DNA of 61,324 nucleotides, counting the filler, from Fonticula-like sp. SCN 57-25 (taxonomy: Eukaryota), in the NCBI GenBank assembly GCA_001724245.1. It is 11 parts of 11 records of this genome, joined end to end, with 100 filler letters (N's around TTAATTAATTAA, not from the genome) between each part and the next. Parts side by side here need not be neighbours in the genome. Positions count along the whole stretch, not along the records: positions 49,702 to 55,084 come from MEDX01000582.1; positions 55,185 to 61,324 come from MEDX01000583.1; 9 more parts are not named here. The stretch is one strand, 5' to 3'. Below the pieces are notes generated by a model that ran no database searches, was not told where the DNA came from, and saw nothing but the letters and a program-made list of their open reading frames with translations. A program made the translations under genes and the position numbers. Positions 53,935-61,324 of this stretch are shown piece by piece (position 1 is the first letter of the stretch; each line of letters opens with the position of its first letter).

Positions 53935-54372
53935 GCGCCAGGTGGCTGCGTTTGTGGTTTGCGTGGTGCTGCGGCTCGTTTTGTGGTGCCGCGTGGCGCT
54001 TTTCTACGCTTTTCTCTTTCCGTTTGTCTGATGAATACGTGATTTTTATACACTTTTTATTGCTTCTCGACCTCGCGCTCGGCGACACAGCCGCGCACTA
54101 GAACTTGCTCTACACTCTTACCTCCCTTCTTTTATCCCTGTCATTCGGTTTGCGTTGGTTTTTGTACTCGTTTCTTATTGATCTCCATGGATGTGGCCTG
54201 TATCGTAATAAGACATGAAAGCAGTTTGGGTGCCATTTGACGGGCCATGTTGACCAATCATATCAGAGAATTGGTGTTGCTCCACCAATCACATCAGAGT
54301 ATTGATGCAATCCAGCCAATCATGAAGCAGGTGTATGGCACTTCTTTCCTTGACTTGTCCCACACGACCGGC

Positions 54373-55084
54373 ATGGCTTACAAGGCGCACCCCGTGGGCA
54401 CCCCGCTCACCACCGACTACCTCGTCTACGTCGGTGCGCACGCCACTCGCGAGAATGTCGGTCAATTAACAGCCTTTTCTTTTTTCTTTGCCTTTTAGAC
54501 GGCGCCTCGAGCGTTGTGTCGCCCTTCCACGACATCCCTCTCTTTGCCGATGAGGCCGCCGGCGTGCTCAACATGGTCGTCGAGATCCCCCGCTGGTCCA
54601 ACGCCAAGCTCGAGATCAGCAAGACCGAGGCCTTCAACCCGATCAAGCAGGATGTGAAGAAGGGCAAGCTCCGCTTCGTGCACAACTGCTTCCCCCATCA
54701 CGGCTACATCTGGAACTATGGCGCCTTCCCCCAGACCTGGGAGAACCCCACCGTCGTCGATGCCGACACTGGCTGCGGCGGCGACAACGACCCCCTCGAC
54801 GTCTGCGAGATCGGCTTTTCCGTCGCCAAGACCGGCTCGATCAAGCAGGTCAAGGTGCTCGGCTGCCTCGCCATGATTGACGAGGGCGAGACCGACTGGA
54901 AGATCATCGCCATCGACGTCAACGATCCCCTCGCCAAGGACATGAACGACATCGAGGACGTCGAGAAGAAGATGCCCGGCTTCCTCAAGGCCACCGAGGA
55001 GTGGTTCCGCATCTACAAGATCCCCGATGGCAAGCCCGAGAACAAGTTTGCGTTCAACGGCGAGGCGCGCAACAAGGCGTTTGC
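54373..55084 (+). CDS. IPP1: Family I inorganic pyrophosphatase, 3'-truncated
   Basis: [40 protein letters not shown] and [10 protein letters not shown]. Confidence 0.95.
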
Positions 55085-55184
55085 NNNNNNNNNNNNNNNN
55101 NNNNNNNNNNNNNNNNNNNNNNNNNNNNTTAATTAATTAANNNNNNNNNNNNNNNNNNNNNNNNNNNNNNNNNNNNNNNNNNNN

Positions 55185-57616
55185 GTGCGTGCAGTGGATC
55201 TGTACATCTCCTCTGTCCACTCCTTTGATCTGGACTCGACGGTATCTGTGTTTGAGTCAACGATCCGGGTACTTGGCGGTCTGCTGTCCGCGCACACCAT
55301 CATTCGCGACGGCGCGTTTGGCGTGTCGATGCCGCACTACCGTGATGAGCTGCTTGGACTGGCGCACGACCTCGGCCAGCGTCTGCTTCCAGCATTCAAC
55401 ACGCCGACGGTACTTTTATGCGCTTGATAGAGTATGGAGCTGACACTCAGAATAGCACATTCCGTATCCCCGCGTGCATCTTCGCCGCGGCGTGCTACCT
55501 GACGTCATCGAGGAGACGTGCACGGCGGGCGCCGGCACACTTCTCCTCGAGTTTGCGACTCTCAGCCGGCTGACAGGTGACCCGAGGTTTGAGCGCGTTG
55601 CTCGGCAGAGCCTCTCTGGCATCTGGAAATACCGCGGTCCACTTGTGCGCATGATCGACTAACTATTACTGCGGTGCTGACGACCGCGCTCTAGGGCCTT
55701 CCCGGCAATGTGATCAATATCATGACGGGGCAGTGGACGCAGGGTGACACGGGAGTTGGCGCGGGCGTTGACTCCTTTTTCGAGTACGTGGTCAAAGGTC
55801 ACATTCTCCTGGGCGACCCCGAGCTCTTGGCGATGGCAGAAGATCTGTCGGCGTCGGTCGACAATCACATTTAGTGCGTATTGTCGACATTTATTTTGAC
55901 GCGGTTTGCTGACGGTATTTTTGTAGTCATGAGCCGCTGTTTCGGCGTGTTCACATGGGCACTGGACAGCCAATGACGTCATGGATTGACTCCCTCTCGG
56001 CGTACTATCCCGGCCTCCTTGTGCTTATGGGCGACGTTGCGGCCGCGTCCTCGTCGTATGAGACGTACTATGCGCTGTGGCAGCACTACCGCGGCCTCCC
56101 CGAGCGGTTTGACATTGTTATTCGTTCCCCTGCCATCCCTCTCTACCCCCTTCGCCCCGAGCTGATGGAGTCGACGTGGATGCTGTACCGAAGCACGGGC
56201 GACCCGTACTATCTGCACGCGGGCGCGCTCATGGTGCGCGACATTGAGGCGCTGGCGCGCACAAAGTGCGGCTTTGCGACGCTGCATTCCGTTCTTGACC
56301 GCTCCAAGGAAAACCGCATGGAGAGCTTTTTCCTCTCCGAGACGCTAAAGTATCTCTACCTGCTCTTTGACGACGACAACCCGCTGAACGACCGCCGAGG
56401 CATGCCGTACGTCATCACGACCGAGGGACACCTGCTGCGCACGCACCCGCCTGGCCGCCGCTACGACAGCGCGGGTGCCGCCGCCATCCCGCCGCCATCA
56501 AAGCCGCCCGTTTGCGTGCCGTGGCGGCGTGACTACTTTGGCGATGGCGACGGGTACATGCGCGAGGCCGCGGACGCGTTCGCGGCGCTGTTTGGCAAGA
56601 CGTCCCACGTGGCGAGCTCGCTCGCTGCGTCGTGGTCGGCGCGCGCCGTTCAGCAGATGCGCATGCGCGCTCGACCGCTGGAGGTGCCACGGCCGGCGCA
56701 GTGCCTCGCGTGGGCGGATCTGCCGCCTCCGCACCTCCCCGCGCGGGAGGACGGGTCGCCGCCACCGCGCATTCAGACCATGGTGGTGCAACCGGAACAG
56801 GCGGCGCTCGTGAATGTTGGCGAGAGCGCGACAGTCGTGCGCGGCACCGGTCGCGGCGAGTACATTGCATCACAGCTGCACAATTTGCGGCTTGAGCTGA
56901 TGAATGTGCATCCGGCGGGGGAGGCGGGCGCGAACCAGGTGCCGCAGCTGACCATCGTGTCCGCCGCGGGCGTGCCGCTCATCACTAGTGTCGACTATCT
57001 GCGCGTGCCCGTGCGGCCGCCGCTAGACATGGAGGAGCGGATCACGCGGCCGTTTGTCTGCGTGCTGCCGACCCACATGGCGGGCGGTGCATTGGGGATG
57101 GGCCGCTTCCCCCCGCTGCACGGCCGGTTGAACGGCGTGGGACCGGCCGCGTGGCAGATCGAGTGGCCGCTCGCAGCGCCGCTGAGGATGGCGGGCGGGC
57201 TCGCGTGCGGCGCGAGGGATGGGCGCGACTCTGTAATGCAACCGTGGACGGGGGCCGCCGTCATCATTCAGCGCGGCGAGTGCGATATTAGGGACAAGGT
57301 GGCGGAGGCGGTGCGGGAGGGGGCCGCAATGGTCATCATTGCCGATATGAATAACGACTGGGATATGGTGCCCATCGGCCAAGTGGGCGACGGATTGGAC
57401 GACGTGTTTGCGACAATCCCGTCTATTCTGATGCCGGCAGAGGCGGTCAAGGAGCTCACTGCCCTGCCGGTCGACCAGCAGTCGGTGACAGTATGGCCGT
57501 GCCCTTCCGCCGAGCACGTTCAGGATATTAAGAGATGGAGCCCACATTGGAAGTTGCATGTCTCAAGCACAACTGTCCATAATATTGTTTTTTATCCCGC
57601 ACCCATATATATGTAA
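55185..57616 (+). CDS. GH47 alpha-mannosidase-like protein with a PA domain (EDEM3/Mnl1-like), 5'-truncated
   Basis: [53 protein letters not shown] and TTEGH; PA domain [13 protein letters not shown]. Confidence 0.9.
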
Positions 57617-57899
57617 TATGTGATCATTTTCAGTTTTGTAGAGCGTTTTGTTATATGGTGTGATGTAATCTTACTGGCGGCCACCGCCGCTGCATGTATC
57701 CTTTGGTATTGTCGCTGTGTAGTGCGCAAAACCCACTTTTGCCATATTAATGAAGAGGCCATTTCTATTGTAGTACGGATATCGGCATGGATATGGATAC
57801 AAAAAAAAAAATCACTCGTGATACACGCCATATAGGCCCGCTATTAGTACAGCTGAAAAGAGTGTAGTCCAACTAGGCGCAACGGTGCGCTGCAACATT

Positions 57900-58598
57900 T
57901 CACTGCGCTTGCGGCTCTTCGTTGTTGGACCAAAGCGATTCGGACGCGTCCGGGGTCCATGAATCGGCCGTTCCGAGCAGGATCGGGTGCTCACCAATAT
58001 TCAGACTAGAGTCAAAGGCAATCGGCGCACTTGCGGACATCTGGTCGTTAGAGCTGTCGAGCAGCATAGAAGAAAATGCAGTAAACTGCTTGGCTGGATC
58101 AAAGCTATTGGCGGGGGCAGATTCCGGGATTACCGCAGCGGATGACGGCAAGCGCGGCGATACCACCCCAGGCGACACGTTGGCGCGCGGAGACACCGGC
58201 GCGCTTTTCACGATCACGGGAGCAGGCACGCGAAGCAGCGTCTGGTTGTTGTCCGCATGCTGGTCCGCATGCTGCATCGAGTCGACGTTGGGAGACGGAG
58301 TAGAGAAAGGAAAGCTATCCGTCGCAAAGAACTGGCCCGGCTGCGGCGGCTGCTGGCGCTCGAGCTCCTGGGAATATGCCTGCTGGCTTCGCAAGCCGCT
58401 GTCCAATGTTTCAAAGTTTCCATAGTCCATCTTGATAGACGATGCCACCGGCAGGCCCGCATACGCATCGTCCGCTACCATATTGGAAAACTGCTGGCGT
58501 TGGTTCTGCTGATGCTGCTGCTGGTTTCTAAGGTGCTGCTGAATCTGCTGCTGCTCGTAGTGCTGATGGAATTGCTGCTGGAATTGCTGCTGAATCAT

Positions 58599-58629
<31 letters not shown>

Positions 58630-60636
58630 AGCTGCTGCTGCATCAAAAGCAGCTGCTGAAAGGTCGGGTTCTGTGCGTATTGCTGCGTTGCGATGCCCTG
58701 CATCAGCTGCTGCATTTCCGACATTCCCGGCTGCACCCAACGTCAGAGACCAAATAAACAAGAAGCATTGAATACCATTTGTGCGTCGGGCGACGTTTGG
58801 AGAAGGGACGTCGCGGGGGAGGGAGATACCGACCTTCCAAGAGGGTTAAAATACTGATGTACCTGCGGTTGCGGCGACATCTGCGCATCACCAACATTGA
58901 AGGACTGCGTGACGATCGAGTTGGCAAGCTGTGCGTTCGACGACGATGAAGCGGTCGCCGCCGCCACTGCTGCCGCCGCCGCGATTGCCGCCGCCTGATT
59001 TGGTGATGGCGCGCCCACAGTGACGGGGCTCTCGAGGAGGGTTCGAATGGAGCAAACAAGCGCATCGGCCTTATCTGGCCCGCCAACCCCGCGATAGATC
59101 GCCATGAGTATTTCGAGCACCACGCTGGCGCCCGACTTGTGGCGAAACTACACAAGAAAGATCAGTTCCGGGCGAAAAGTAACGCAGGGTGCGCGTACCT
59201 TGGCGACAGTTCTTGGCATGTCGTTCGAAATGAATCCCTTGCGCTGGGAAAGGCATTGCATATGCAGCTGGGATACGTAGCGAACATCATCCGGGAGAAT
59301 GTACTTGTAGATGTTCTCGCCAACGAGGTCGGTCGGCAGGTAGCCCAAGAAGAGATGGATCTCGGGGCCAACATCGACAAAGATGCCCTGCAGGGAGAGG
59401 ACGCATACGCACTCGGTGTCCGTGCCGGTACCGAGCGCACTGCTCATCGGCGAGGCAGGCGACTGGATACTCTGAGGGATCTGCTCAAACTGCTCAGGCG
59501 AGATCTGTCCACCGTTCGCCAGCTTGTTGAGAAGCTGCAAGAAAAGGAGCTGCTGTTGTTGCTGCTGGTTTAGCCCAGGAACGGTCGTGTTGGACGAGTT
59601 TGCCGCAGCGACGGCCGCAGCCATGAGGGCCGTGTCGTTGACCATCGGCTGCTGAGGATGCGAATACAGGTTCCCACCCATGTGACCGGTCGGCATCATG
59701 CGAATGTCACCGACTCCACCGGCAAGACCATAGGGATTAGGAACGGGTCCCACGTGGCCTTTAATGCTCTTCGGTCGCCCACGCTTCTTATGCTCGACAT
59801 CCACGCACGTGGCGCTCTTGCCGAGGTGCACGCAGCGCTTGCACGGGCGATTGTTGTCGCAGGCGAGGTGGGCCCGTTTGCAATGTACGCAGGCCTTGAA
59901 CACAGGCTTGGGCTTGCTCTTGCTTGCAAGCGCCGCAGCAGACGCCGCGCTGAGGCCCATCAGACTAAAGTCGCTGCTACCGGCAAGCTCCGGCTTAAAG
60001 TCTCTCAGCCAATCAAAGGCGTTGGCCGACGGCTCCCGCTCGCTGCCGTCGTCGTCGTACTCGTCGTCAAATTCGTCGTACTCGTCAGAATAGTCTTCAT
60101 CCTCCCCATCTTCGAAACCCAAGGCATCCGCCGCCGCATCACCTGCTTCGTCGCCCGCAAGTTCACCGTCAGCGCCCGTGCGGCGCGCATTCCGGCGGCG
60201 CCGTTGCCGTGAAATACTCGCGTTCGAGGTCGACGCGGTCATGCGTGAGCCGCTCTGTTCGCCCGATCGCTCCAGAATCGGTGCAATATGAGAAGATGAG
60301 CCAGACCGCGGCATCGACGCGCCAGAGAAGCTGCCGCGCCGACGAGCCGTCTGGTGCATTGGCTGGGACGCTGAGCGAAGTGCCGAGGTAAAGTACGGAA
60401 ACGATTCAGACTGTCGCGAGGAAGAGGTATAAGGTGGTGGCGCGGCATTTCCAGACTGGCCTTGCGACGCCAGGGAGGACCCAGCAAAACTGGACTCGGA
60501 AGCAGCAGAGTACGGCGGAAGCTCGCGGTTAAGGGATCCGCGCGATTGCTGCTGCTCCGCTAGAAAGCTGNAGATCAAAATCGCACCTTCGCAGCGACGG
60601 ATCCGGTCGAATGGGCGCCGACGCCGAGTGATACAT
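57900..60636 (-). CDS. Zn2Cys6 transcription factor with a PAS domain and Q-rich tail (Ert1/AcuK/Rds2-like), multi-exon; start uncertain
   Basis: KACVHCKRAHLACDNNRPCKRCVHLGKSATC, KKRGRPK and PAS-like FLGYLPTDLVGENIYKYILPDD. A single N at 60571 lies within a probable intron. Confidence 0.82.
58599..58625 (-). repeat. (CAG)9 polyglutamine tract
   Basis: CTG run on the + strand within the Q-rich exon. Confidence 0.85.
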
Positions 60637-61324
60637 TTGAGACTTGCTTGTCGATTTTGAGCCCGGGCCACTTGAATGCTTTGAGTTTACAGCCGCATGA
60701 GCAGCGGCAGCGGCAGGGCCTAAGGCGCCAGGAAGAGGCGACGTGAGCTTCAGGTGACTACCAAAAGTGTCAGAAATTGTCGTCGACGAGTGGGCTCGAG
60801 GTATCTTTTCACTGTTAACACCGAGCGCGTGAGTAAAGAGCGACTAGGCTCGCGCACGAGGAGCGCGCAGGGCGAGCGCGCCAATAAGGCAGCGCAATCC
60901 GTACGAAAGCGACGTCGATAAAAACGGCGAATCGTCCATGGCTCACGAAAACAACCAAAAAGGAAACCGACAAAAGCAGCAACCAAAATTTGGCCAGCAA
61001 AAATGAGCTATCCTCGCACGCGCTGCGGTCTTGTGACGCGGCGTTACGGATGGGCGAGGCGGACTATAAATAAACACCTTTGCCACGAATTCGTGTTCTT
61101 TGCTACCAAAGCTGAGAAACCAACAAGTACAAAGGCAGAACTTGAGTAACCAAGCGCTCCTCTGTGACTCTTGAAAGGCGTCCCAGAAAAAAAGAAACTG
61201 CCGCGGCCCCTCAGAGAACGAACCGCACGCTGCCGTGTCAAGTCAGGACAGTTGGTCGGTTCAGTCAACGTAAACGTCGTGGTTTGCAGTTTGCAGTTTG
61301 CATTCGATTGATTGATTGATTTTT

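Noticed and set aside
55955-60636. GH47-PA fusion and Zn2Cys6-PAS fusion as novel architectures
   Set aside because: Both are established architectures (EDEM3-type; Ert1/AcuK/Rds2-type).

Overview
This is not one locus. It is a concatenation of 11 eukaryotic contigs of about 5.4-6.1 kb, joined by ten artificial 100-nt spacers (N-run + TTAATTAATTAA + N-run). Most contigs hold compact, intron-rich (GT-AG) housekeeping genes of a fungus-like or opisthokont-like protist: STE20 and NDR kinases, PRL phosphatase, TSC2, ABCF, LIM protein, GNPDA, SIRT4, SPT6, HIS2, ESF1, OSBP, PP2C, IPP1, EDEM and a Zn2Cys6-PAS factor. These use the standard genetic code, with TAG as a real stop. The standout is contig 7 (33178-38599). 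It carries a single intron-less reading frame of 1534 codons encoding a DEAH helicase-RING protein. The frame is interrupted by five in-frame TAG codons, has no in-frame TAA and no frameshifts, and ends in tandem TGA. One TAG lies directly before helicase motif VI (ISKASA*QRIGRAGR), which points to a nuclear code with UAG reassigned, most likely to Gln. Other notable items: a ~480-bp diverged inverted-repeat pair around a 1.7-kb spacer, an intron-containing class II HMG-CoA reductase, a secreted PLL-like lectin fusion, a GNPDA with an altered phosphate-binding loop, a spliced uORF upstream of PRL, and a decayed Tc1/IS630-type transposase. All family assignments come from motifs recognised by eye, not from database searches.
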